Assembly: GCA_965231765.1 (NCBI GenBank)
Contig: OZ246887.1
Location: forward strand, 3,980,538-4,044,537
From: Candidatus Binatia bacterium
GTDB taxonomy: Bacteria; Desulfobacterota; Binatia; Bin18
Reading direction: 5' to 3'
DNA length: 64,000 bases
Under the pieces are notes generated by a model that had not been told where the DNA came from, made no database searches, and saw nothing but the letters and a program-made list of their open reading frames with translations. Positions 30,308 to 38,413 of the stretch are shown one piece after another (position 1 is the stretch's first letter; the number at the start of each line of letters is the position of its first letter). The position numbers and the translations under genes were made by a program.

Positions 30308-31186
30308 ATGAGTCAGATTCCAGCTGATCTGCTTGCATTTATGGAGACCTTAAGTCCGCCCAAAGGAGTAAACCCGGCGGATTTGTTGATCAAGCATAAC
30401 GATCTGATGAACGGCAACCCACCCCCAGTTGGGGCTGTTCACGATGACGTTGTGCTCAGAGAAGTTGCGGGTTGGAAGGTCACCGCCGACATCCTGGTCC
30501 CTGAGGGGGAAGGGCCGCACCCGGTGCTGGTCTATTTCCACGGTGGAGGCTGGACCATGGGCAGCCCCAAGACACACCTGCGCCTGGGCAGAGAGTTTGC
30601 CGCTGCTGGTTATGTGACGGTGAATGTTGATTATCGGCGCGCCCCGAAACATCGCTTTCCTGCGGCTTTTGACGACTGTTTATTTGCGACGCAGTGGGCG
30701 GTGGAAAATGCTGCGCAGTATGGCGGCGATGCCCAACGCCTAGCTGTTGGCGGAGACTCGGCTGGAGGAAACTTGGCCGGAGCTGTGCTGGCGGAATGCA
30801 GTCAAAACGGTGGGCCACAGATTAAAGCTGGAGTGCTGCTGTACGGGGTGTTTGATTATCATAAGACTATGGGCACCTTGGGCGGGGGGCGTCCGAACCA
30901 GCAGTTTTATTTGGCAGAGGACGAATATGAGACGTTGCGGGAAGATCACCGAGTCGATCCGTTTTTCGCCTGCAGCAAGTTTCCGCCGTGTTACATCGCA
31001 GTTGGGACCAAAGATCCGCTCCTGTCAGAATCCCAGGATCTGGCTAAGGCGTTAACTGCGGCTGGGGTTGAGCATGACCTGCATATTCTTGAAGGTGCGC
31101 CGCACGCTTTCTTTCAGCTGCCGCCTTTAGCAGCGTACGCGCAAGGGTATGGCCGAGCAAAAGCGTTTTTGGATACGCACGTATAA
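30308..31186 (+). CDS. Alpha/beta hydrolase fold-3 esterase/lipase (HSL family)
   Basis: HGGGW oxyanion motif, GDSAGGNLA nucleophile motif, RBS AAGGAGGGAT. Confidence 0.8.
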   Translation: MSQIPADLLAFMETLSPPKGVNPADLLIKHNDLMNGNPPPVGAVHDDVVLREVAGWKVTADILVPEGEGPHPVLVYFHGGGWTMGSPKTHLRLGREFAAAGYVTVNVDYRRAPKHRFPAAFDDCLFATQWAVENAAQYGGDAQRLAVGGDSAGGNLAGAVLAECSQNGGPQIKAGVLLYGVFDYHKTMGTLGGGRPNQQFYLAEDEYETLREDHRVDPFFACSKFPPCYIAVGTKDPLLSESQDLAKALTAAGVEHDLHILEGAPHAFFQLPPLAAYAQGYGRAKAFLDTHV

Positions 31187-31306
31187 GGTCCTGATGGAAG
31201 TAGTGGAAAACGTCTGTTGCCAACAGTTTTGTTGGCAACAGGATTGTTGGGATATGAGGTTTAAGGGCTAGGGTTGCGAAAAGTCCTAGCCGTATCTGTT
31301 GTTCGA

Positions 31307-32764
31307 TTATTTCCCGCTGGCCAGCTTCCAATGGCCGCCAAGTTCCTCCGAAATGGCAACCAAAGTCTCTCGGAGTGTTGTCACCATCTCGTCAATCTGC
31401 TCCCTGGTGATAATCAACGGCGGACAGATGGCAATGATATTTGCCCCGCCCATGCGGGTGAGTAAACCGGACCGGAGTGCGCGTTCCCACACCCGAGCCA
31501 CAACCTTGGTCTCAGCCGCGAACATCTCTTTGGTCTCCTTATCCTTGACCAGTTCGACCGCAGCCATCAAGCCCTTGCCGCGCACATCGCCGACGATGGG
31601 CAAGTCTTTCAAGGTGGCGAGCTGTTTTTGCAAGTAGCGGCCTTGTTCGCGGGCTTTTTGGACCAGCTTCTCGCTTTCAATAATTTCGATATTGGCCAGC
31701 CCTGCGGCGCACACCGTGGGGTGTCCGGTGTAGGTGTAGCCATGCCAGAAGGCTTGGTCGCCAGCCTTTAGAAAAGTCTGAAAAATCCCTTCTTTGAATA
31801 GTACCACGCCGAGGGGTAGGTAACCGCTGGTAATCCCTTTGGCCGAGACAAGGATATCAGGTCCCGCACTTGACGAGGCAAACATCGTCCCCGTCCGGCC
31901 GAAACCGGTAATGACTTCGTCACACACCATGAGAATATTGTGGCGTGAGCATATCTCACGAATTTTAGGCAGCCATTCTTTGGGCGGCACAATCACTCCA
32001 CCCACGCCTTGAATCGGTTCGGCTACAAACGCGCCGATATTTTCCGCACCTTCGCGTTTGATAATACGTTCTAGCTCGTCCGCGCAGTCCACTTTACAGG
32101 AGGGGTAGGTTTTGCCCAATTCGCACCGGTAACAATACGGCCGAGCCATATGGATGACACCGGGGAGACCTGGATCAACTTGATCATTGAACAGCGCAAT
32201 CCCAGTCAGAGCTGCTGCCCCACTCGACGTGCCATGGTAGCCTTGGTTGAGGGTGATGAACTTTGTCTTCTTTGGTTTTCCTTTGGCTTTCCAATAGGCG
32301 CGGACCAGACGAATCATCGTCTCATTTGATTCTGATCCGCCAGAGGTAAAAATAACCCGGCTTAAGCCTTTGGGTGCAATCTTGGTCAGTTTGGTGGCCA
32401 GCTGGACGGTCGGAGCTGAGGTTGGGCCAATCAGAGTTGGGGCAAAGGCGAGTTGGTCCATCTGGGCAGCGACCGCCCGGTTAATTTCTTTACGGCCGTG
32501 GCCGACATGCACATTCCACAGCGAGGCAAGGCCATCGAGATAGCGCTTGCCGTCTGTATCCCACACATAGACGCCTTCGCCTTTGACAAAAATAGGCATA
32601 CCACGTTCCTGATGCATACTGAGGGGAACAAACCCATGCACGAGGTGCGCCTTATCCTGCTGCTGTAAGGCTTTGGCCTGCTTGGCATCAAGCGACGGCG
32701 CGGCTGATTGCTGTCGAGATCGAATGGGGATTACTTTCGCTAAGGGTTTGGCTTTCTGTGGCAT
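31307..32764 (-). CDS. Class III (omega) pyridoxal-phosphate aminotransferase
   Basis: GSESNETMIRL..., DEVITGFGRTG, PLP-Lys region LVSAKGITSGY. 485 aa. Confidence 0.8.
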   Translation of the reverse strand: MPQKAKPLAKVIPIRSRQQSAAPSLDAKQAKALQQQDKAHLVHGFVPLSMHQERGMPIFVKGEGVYVWDTDGKRYLDGLASLWNVHVGHGRKEINRAVAAQMDQLAFAPTLIGPTSAPTVQLATKLTKIAPKGLSRVIFTSGGSESNETMIRLVRAYWKAKGKPKKTKFITLNQGYHGTSSGAAALTGIALFNDQVDPGLPGVIHMARPYCYRCELGKTYPSCKVDCADELERIIKREGAENIGAFVAEPIQGVGGVIVPPKEWLPKIREICSRHNILMVCDEVITGFGRTGTMFASSSAGPDILVSAKGITSGYLPLGVVLFKEGIFQTFLKAGDQAFWHGYTYTGHPTVCAAGLANIEIIESEKLVQKAREQGRYLQKQLATLKDLPIVGDVRGKGLMAAVELVKDKETKEMFAAETKVVARVWERALRSGLLTRMGGANIIAICPPLIITREQIDEMVTTLRETLVAISEELGGHWKLASGK

Positions 32765-32970
32765 GTTTTTCCTCCTGGTGCGTTACACGCGTACTCCCTG
32801 TTTCAATTGCCTGTTTCAATTGGCCGACACTTTGTTCCTATTATACTCTTTCTGACACATTTGTCGTGCTGCGGCATGTGCCGCTATTCGATTTCACAAC
32901 TGGGTCGCTTGATCTGTCACGTTTCTCGACGTACACACCGATCATAGCAGATCATACAGGAGGAACAGTG

Positions 32971-33987
32971 ATGAAAACGAAACGTATGGGACGAACGGGT
33001 TTGAAGGTTTCAGAAATTTGTTTGGGAACCATGACCTTCGGCCGACAGTGTGATGAGCCGTTGAGCTTTTCGATCATGGATACTGCTGTCGAGGCAGGCG
33101 TCGATTTTTTTGACTCGGCAGATGTGTATCCTGCAGGTGGGGATACCAGCACGGTCGGCCGGACTGAAGAAATCGTCGGTAAATGGCTCAAAGGAAAACG
33201 GGAGGACATTGTCCTGGCGACCAAGTGTTGGGGAGCAATGGGCCCAAACCCGAACGACCGTGGCTTGTCCCGCAAACATATCTTTGCCGCAATTGAAGAG
33301 AGCTTGCGGCGTCTACAGACAGATTATATTGATCTCTACCAAGTCCATGCCCCGGACTTTGAAACGCCTATCGACGAGACCTTACGGGCGCTTGATGACC
33401 TCGTCCGGCAGGGCAAAGTCCGCTACATCGGTTGCTCCAATTTCCAAGCCTGGCTGTTGGCAAAATCGTTGTGGACGAGCGAAAAGTACGGGCTGGCACG
33501 TTTTGACTGTGTACAGCCACGCTACAATATGTTGTTCCGTGAAATCGAGAATGAACTGTTGCCGCTGTGTCGTGATCAAGGCGTTGGGATTATTCCGTAT
33601 AATCCTTTAGCCGGTGGGTTTCTGACCGGCAAACATATGACAAATCAAGCCAGCCAAGAGGCAACGGACAATACACGTTTCGCTCTGGGGGGACGACAAG
33701 GAAAAATGTATAAGCAGCGCTACTGGCAGGAAGCTCAGTTTGCTGCGGTTGCGTACTTACATGAGTTCTTCTCCGCCCGGAACAAATCCTTGGCCCAAGT
33801 CGCTATTGCCTGGGTCTTGGCTCAGGAGGAGATTACCTCACCGCTTGTCGGTGCAACGTCACCAGAGCAACTGCGCCAGTCGCTCCCGGCTGTCGATATG
33901 AGTCTTGATGAAGAAGAGATGGCGGTGTGTAATGAGGTCTGGTTTGAGCTACCGCGGCTTAAAAACCCGGCGGTGGCACTGCGCTAA
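32971..33987 (+). CDS. Aldo/keto reductase
   Basis: Start ATG 32971 after AGGAGG. MKTKRMGRTGLKVSEICLGTMTFG..., DSADVY, typical AKR layout. The listed 32758 start is rejected. Confidence 0.85.
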   Translation: MKTKRMGRTGLKVSEICLGTMTFGRQCDEPLSFSIMDTAVEAGVDFFDSADVYPAGGDTSTVGRTEEIVGKWLKGKREDIVLATKCWGAMGPNPNDRGLSRKHIFAAIEESLRRLQTDYIDLYQVHAPDFETPIDETLRALDDLVRQGKVRYIGCSNFQAWLLAKSLWTSEKYGLARFDCVQPRYNMLFREIENELLPLCRDQGVGIIPYNPLAGGFLTGKHMTNQASQEATDNTRFALGGRQGKMYKQRYWQEAQFAAVAYLHEFFSARNKSLAQVAIAWVLAQEEITSPLVGATSPEQLRQSLPAVDMSLDEEEMAVCNEVWFELPRLKNPAVALR

Positions 33988-34031
33988 AGTGGGGCTGGGG
34001 GTTGGAGAGAAAACTCATCCCTACCCCCCTC

Positions 34032-35273
34032 TCACAGTATCTCATAAAAACTGCCTTCTCCAGGCACAAACAAGCGGCTGTAGAACCGCATAGCAGACGA
34101 ATCCGTCATGCTCGCTAAAAAGTCACAAATCACCCGTTTACGAGCCGCTTCATCTCCGTCAGATAATGCCCGCTGGTAGTTTTCACCTTGTTCTTCGGGG
34201 AACAGGCCCACGGACTCGTGACCTTGGTCAAGGACGGCAAAGAGACGTTGCAACACCTCTTTGCCTTTGTAGCTGAGCGTCGTGACGCGTGGATCCAGAA
34301 TAACTTTATGTGATTCAAAGGCTTTGAGGATTTCGATACGGACCCGGCTCGAAAATTCGGTGTCAATTCGTTCTTGCTGAATCCCGACGGTACTGGCGAA
34401 GGCATGGATCAGGTCTCTGGTGAGCATCTTGCGGGCGGCTCGTCCAGCTGTGTGTTCTAGCTCTTCTAAACGATCGGCAATCTGAGCCAGTTCGGACTGA
34501 ATGGTTTCTGTACTGACTGTCCGGTCCCAAGCGGTCAGCGTCGCGTTTACCTCTTGCACTAAGCGCTCAGCTGGAAATCGGCGGAAGTCGGCGAGGCTGA
34601 TGAGTCCGGCTTGGAGACTGTCTTCAAGATCGTGTACCGAGTACGCAATATCATCGGCCACATCCATGATCTGGCACTCAAAACTGCGTCCCTGGCCCGT
34701 ACCTGTTGAGTGGATGATTGTAGCAACAAGATCGCGGTCCCCAACATAAAATCCCTTAATCGGCTTCGTATGAGGGGCGGCGAGGGCTGCTGCATCAATG
34801 CAGGTCTTGTATTTGAGCAGACCGTCGAGGGTCGGATAAGTCAGGTTTAAGCCAGCATATGCCTCATGCTTGCGTTCCAGATGGGTCACTATTCGTACGG
34901 TTTGAGCGTTGCTCTCAAAGCCACCAAAGTCGCGCATCAGAGCATGCAGTACACGCTCACCAGCATGTCCGAACGGTGGATGGCCCAGGTCATGGGCTAA
35001 ACACAGGGCTTCGACTAAATCTGTATCTGCTCCGAGTGACAGAGCAATGCCTTTGGCAATCTGGGCAACCTCAAGCGAATGGGTCAGCCGGGTCCGAAAG
35101 AAATCTCCTTCGTATACCCCGAACACTTGTGTTTTGCCTTGCATACGCCGAAACGCGGCTGAGTGGATAATCCGCGCGCGATCATGCTCGAACTCTGAGC
35201 GCAGATCATTCTGGGGACGATTCGGCTCAGGCGTATGACGCTGCGCTTGTGCCGGGCAAGCCGGTTGCACCAA
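34032..35273 (-). CDS. dgt: dGTP triphosphohydrolase-like HD-domain protein (Dgt family)
   Basis: FEHDRARIIHSAAFRRMQGKTQVF...RTRLTHSLEVAQIA...LAHDLGHPPFGH. HD motif. Confidence 0.8.
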   Translation of the reverse strand: MVQPACPAQAQRHTPEPNRPQNDLRSEFEHDRARIIHSAAFRRMQGKTQVFGVYEGDFFRTRLTHSLEVAQIAKGIALSLGADTDLVEALCLAHDLGHPPFGHAGERVLHALMRDFGGFESNAQTVRIVTHLERKHEAYAGLNLTYPTLDGLLKYKTCIDAAALAAPHTKPIKGFYVGDRDLVATIIHSTGTGQGRSFECQIMDVADDIAYSVHDLEDSLQAGLISLADFRRFPAERLVQEVNATLTAWDRTVSTETIQSELAQIADRLEELEHTAGRAARKMLTRDLIHAFASTVGIQQERIDTEFSSRVRIEILKAFESHKVILDPRVTTLSYKGKEVLQRLFAVLDQGHESVGLFPEEQGENYQRALSDGDEAARKRVICDFLASMTDSSAMRFYSRLFVPGEGSFYEIL

Positions 35274-35625
35274 ACGGGCTCCTTTAGCTGGCTCCTATAT
35301 TGGAGACCTTTTTCTTCTCTCGCGTACTAGGATAGACGAGCGGGTTCGTGCTTCGCAAGGGAACACACACAAGATCGCGGAAACACGAGGGCACTTCTTA
35401 GGCTTGCTTTCTGTCCGTAAGCAATGCAGAGTCCTGCCTGTCTTGCACGGGAAGAAGAAGTCATGCAAAGAATCACCTCGGTGGAAACATTGATTTGACC
35501 GAGATTAGCTGTGCTGTAGAAAATAACACAGCTCCGTAAGAAGCGGAGGGTTGACGACAACTGCTCAGCGCTCTTGAGTATCCCCGCCACGACGTTTAGT
35601 CTGGACGCAGATGAGGAGGGGGCGG

Positions 35626-35979
35626 ATGTGGACACGCAAGAGTATGTCGATATGTATGCGGATCGTTGTCGTTTTTATCGTAGCCTGCCTGTCGGCGTGT
35701 GGCGCGATGCAGCAAGGGCCTGAAGAGACAGACGACTTTTTTTCCGATTCTAGCGATCCCTTTGATGATCCTTTTTTTACTGGCTCGCCAGACTGGGATA
35801 AGACCATGCTGGCACAGAGTGAAGTCCTGTCTCAGACAGACTTCGAAGGCGAGGCTGGTGAAGAGTTTGAGGAGTCAGAGTCTGCGCAGGAACAGACCGA
35901 GGGAATACTACTGAGCACAATCTCGGTTGCCACCACGCTTGGAAAGTTGGCCCTGGTTCCCTTCGGTCTGGGCTTCTGA
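35626..35979 (+). CDS. Small acidic predicted lipoprotein (hypothetical)
   Basis: ATG 35626 five nt after GAGGAGGGGG. Signal peptide MWTRKSMSICMRIVVVFIVACLSAC with lipobox LSAC. Highly acidic D/E/F-rich mature part. 3' 72 bp overlaps convergent MFS gene. Confidence 0.4.
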   Translation: MWTRKSMSICMRIVVVFIVACLSACGAMQQGPEETDDFFSDSSDPFDDPFFTGSPDWDKTMLAQSEVLSQTDFEGEAGEEFEESESAQEQTEGILLSTISVATTLGKLALVPFGLGF

Positions 35980-37215
35980 GGTCCGCGAGCCCCACACAAA
36001 AATAACCAAGGCAACAGCCAGACAGCCACTGCCACACAGGTACATTGGAGTGAATCCGGCATGGGTCGCGATACTGCCCATGAGGACTCCACCCAGCCCC
36101 ATCCCCAGGTCCAGACCTTGGGCGAAGGTTGCCATGCCTATACCGCGCCGCTCAGGTGTCAGACGGTCAATGACAAAAGCGCCCAGACCCGGCTGCGCGA
36201 GGCCGATCCCCATCGCGTACAGACTGACGCCGAGGTAGAGTGCCTCCCCACCCCAGGCAAAGGCAAAGACCAACTGGGCCATAAGAGCCAGACTCAAACC
36301 TGGCACGATCACCGCTGAGCGACCGTAGCGATCACCAAGCCGGGCACTCAGCATCCGAGTGACGACAAGAACGACAGCATAGCTCGAATACAGATAGCCT
36401 GCGTTGCCTAGGCCAAACGTCCGGGCGTACAGCGGTAGGAAAGTGGTATACGAGGTAAAGGTCAAATACAGAAAGACGTGGACGAACATAGGCAGGAGGG
36501 CTTCCCGCGCAAAGAGTTGACGTCTGCCGCTGCTGACTGCTGACGTCTGCACTTCACACAAGCAGCTACTCAGTCCACTGGCAAGGAAGGCAATACTGGC
36601 GGCTGCCAGAAAAAGCAGAGTGAAATTGTCTGGCCAATCGGCTTTCTGACTTAAGCCTGGCAGAAGTCCGACGAGGCGTTCCTCCCACGGATGGAACGTC
36701 GGACTGTCCATCAGGCCCAACGCAAATGGTGGCACAACACCCATCGCCAGCGAGGTCACCAATCCCCAATAGCTCGTCGCTTCAGCACGTCTGTCAGCCG
36801 GAGCCACGTCGGCCAGATACGCCCCAGAAGCCGTCGTGAAGCAGCCTAAGGCAAAACCATACAGGAGGCGCAAGGCTAACAGGATGCCAATACTCAGCGC
36901 CCAGACGTGGAGAACCGCTCCGCAGGCGAAGAGTCCGATCGAAACAGTCATGACAAAAACCCGGCCATAGCGGTCAGTCCAACGACCGGCGAGTGGCTTG
37001 ATGCTAAATGAGACAAGACTCGAAATGCCAATCAGCAGACCAACATCAGCTTCCTGTCCACCCAGGTGTTTAATATAAAACGGCAGCGTCGGGAAGAAGA
37101 AAAAGAAACTGGAAAAAAATCCCAGAGTGACCAGGCACAGCAAGACAAAATCGCGGGTGAAGAGGGGAGAGGAAGCCTCGGGTGATGTCGGGATGGTCTG
37201 AGAGGCTGAGGCCAA
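35908..37215 (-). CDS. MFS transporter
   Basis: 12 TM helices, motif GRWTDRYGR between TM2-3. Annotated start is TTG 37213-15. An in-frame ATG with strong SD lies 72 nt upstream but is separated by an in-frame TAG (see findings). Confidence 0.75.
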   Translation of the reverse strand: MASASQTIPTSPEASSPLFTRDFVLLCLVTLGFFSSFFFFFPTLPFYIKHLGGQEADVGLLIGISSLVSFSIKPLAGRWTDRYGRVFVMTVSIGLFACGAVLHVWALSIGILLALRLLYGFALGCFTTASGAYLADVAPADRRAEATSYWGLVTSLAMGVVPPFALGLMDSPTFHPWEERLVGLLPGLSQKADWPDNFTLLFLAAASIAFLASGLSSCLCEVQTSAVSSGRRQLFAREALLPMFVHVFLYLTFTSYTTFLPLYARTFGLGNAGYLYSSYAVVLVVTRMLSARLGDRYGRSAVIVPGLSLALMAQLVFAFAWGGEALYLGVSLYAMGIGLAQPGLGAFVIDRLTPERRGIGMATFAQGLDLGMGLGGVLMGSIATHAGFTPMYLCGSGCLAVALVIFVWGSRTSEAQTEGNQGQLSKRGGNRDCAQ

Positions 37216-37245
37216 GTGTGATCCTAACCGATAATGTGGATACTA

Positions 37246-37266
37246 ACAGATAGACAGGCTATCTGT
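37246..37266. promoter_or_regulatory. Perfect 8-bp inverted repeat ACAGATAG-n5-CTATCTGT in the MFS 5' leader
   Basis: acagatagacaggctatctgt. Lies 31-53 nt upstream of the MFS TTG start and inside the 14-codon upstream ORF. Confidence 0.35.
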
Positions 37267-37406
37267 CGTTGTGTACAGGATAATCATGGTTTTCCTCCTC
37301 CGAAGAAGCCCGGCTAGCCTAGCAGAAAAGCCTTTTTCTCGCGAATGGTGATGGAAGAAGAAAGAAGCGGGCCGGCTCGCTCTCAAGAGGAAAGAAGTAC
37401 CGCTGA

Positions 37407-37667
37407 CTGCGTTTCAAGAATCAGCTGGCAAGTAAGGAAAGTCCTCGATTCGGTGAGCTGGTTGAGCGGCGAAGCCTGTCCCGGAAGGAAGCTGGGGCTA
37501 TTCTCGACTTGCCGCAATCAAACGTTTCTGCTCTCGGACGAGGGAAGTTGGAGAAGTTCACAATTGACCGGCTGATATGTTACATGCGGAAGCTCGAGCG
37601 CGATGTCGCCATCAGCTCCACCCGGAAAACCAGCCCCTCACTGCTCCTGTGCCAACGCTTTCTCTAA
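37407..37667 (+). pseudogene. Start-less remnant of an HTH_37/XRE-type (HigA-like) antitoxin/regulator gene
   Basis: Frame translates ...FGELVERRSLSRKEAGAILDLPQSNVSALGRGKLEKFTIDRLICYMRKLERDVAISS with the family signature (G+GKx-KFTIDRL). No ATG/GTG start in frame back to the upstream stop at 37404. Probable N-terminal piece (…RKEVPLTAFQESAGK*) is in another frame, so the gene is frameshifted or truncated. Stop overlaps the convergent methyltransferase stop. Confidence 0.5.
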
Positions 37668-38413
37668 CCCTTCGTACAGATGTAGTAGTTATTCAGCATA
37701 TCCTGTTTCACATTCTTGATGCTGACCTGGGTAAAGCCAGCTTCGCTCAACAGCTCCCGCGCCTGGTGTCTGCCCCACATTGCTCCGAGACCCTCACCAC
37801 GGAGGGCCAATGAGACGGACATTCAATGCATGCAGGAGATGGTGTACATCATCGGACCCAAGATGTGGTCGTGATTCTCCTCCAAATGACTGGAGCTGTT
37901 CACGTCTACCATCAAAAACGTGCCGTTGGGTCGCAAGGCTGCGCCAATCCCCTTCAGTACGGCGCGGGGGTGCGCCTGGTCGTGGATAGAATCGAAGGCG
38001 GTGATGAAATCGTAGCGGCTGACCTCGTCAATCTCGGCCACATCCTTGGCGGCAAACTGGGCGTTGGCGACGCCCCATGCTTGGGCTTCCGCCCGGCCCG
38101 CGGCGATACCTTCTTCCGAAAAGTCATAGCCGGTAAACCGACTCTGGGGGAACGCTTTGGCCATCAGATTCACCGCATGGCCACTCCCACACCCGACGTC
38201 GAGCACGTCAATGCCCGTGCGTAACTGGTCGACCAGCTGGGAGACGAGGGGCAAGGTGGTGTTGACGAGCGAGGCATCGTGCACAGCCCCGCTCATCTCA
38301 GCCATCAGCTGATGGAAGTCGGCGAACGCCGAATACGGCACACCGCCACCATTGCGAAAACTGTCAATGATGCCCTGCTGGACGCGCGCCACCATCGGCA
38401 CCATTTGCAGCAT
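37664..38413 (-). CDS. Class I SAM-dependent methyltransferase interrupted by an in-frame TGA (37823-25); candidate selenoprotein or nonsense pseudogene
   Basis: From ATG 38413: ...[12 protein letters not shown] (motif I)...[64 protein letters not shown]. Downstream 52 codons are clearly the continuation of the same fold. Hairpin GGCCCUC-CGUGGU-GAGGGUC starts 14 nt after the UGA. Confidence 0.6.

Noticed and set aside
37823-37825. Treating the TGA as evidence of genetic-code reassignment
   Set aside because: TGA functions as an ordinary stop for many genes in the window (for example the GT2 gene at 20881, an overlapping TGATG junction at 21195, and a methyltransferase/REase overlap). The anomaly is local to this gene.
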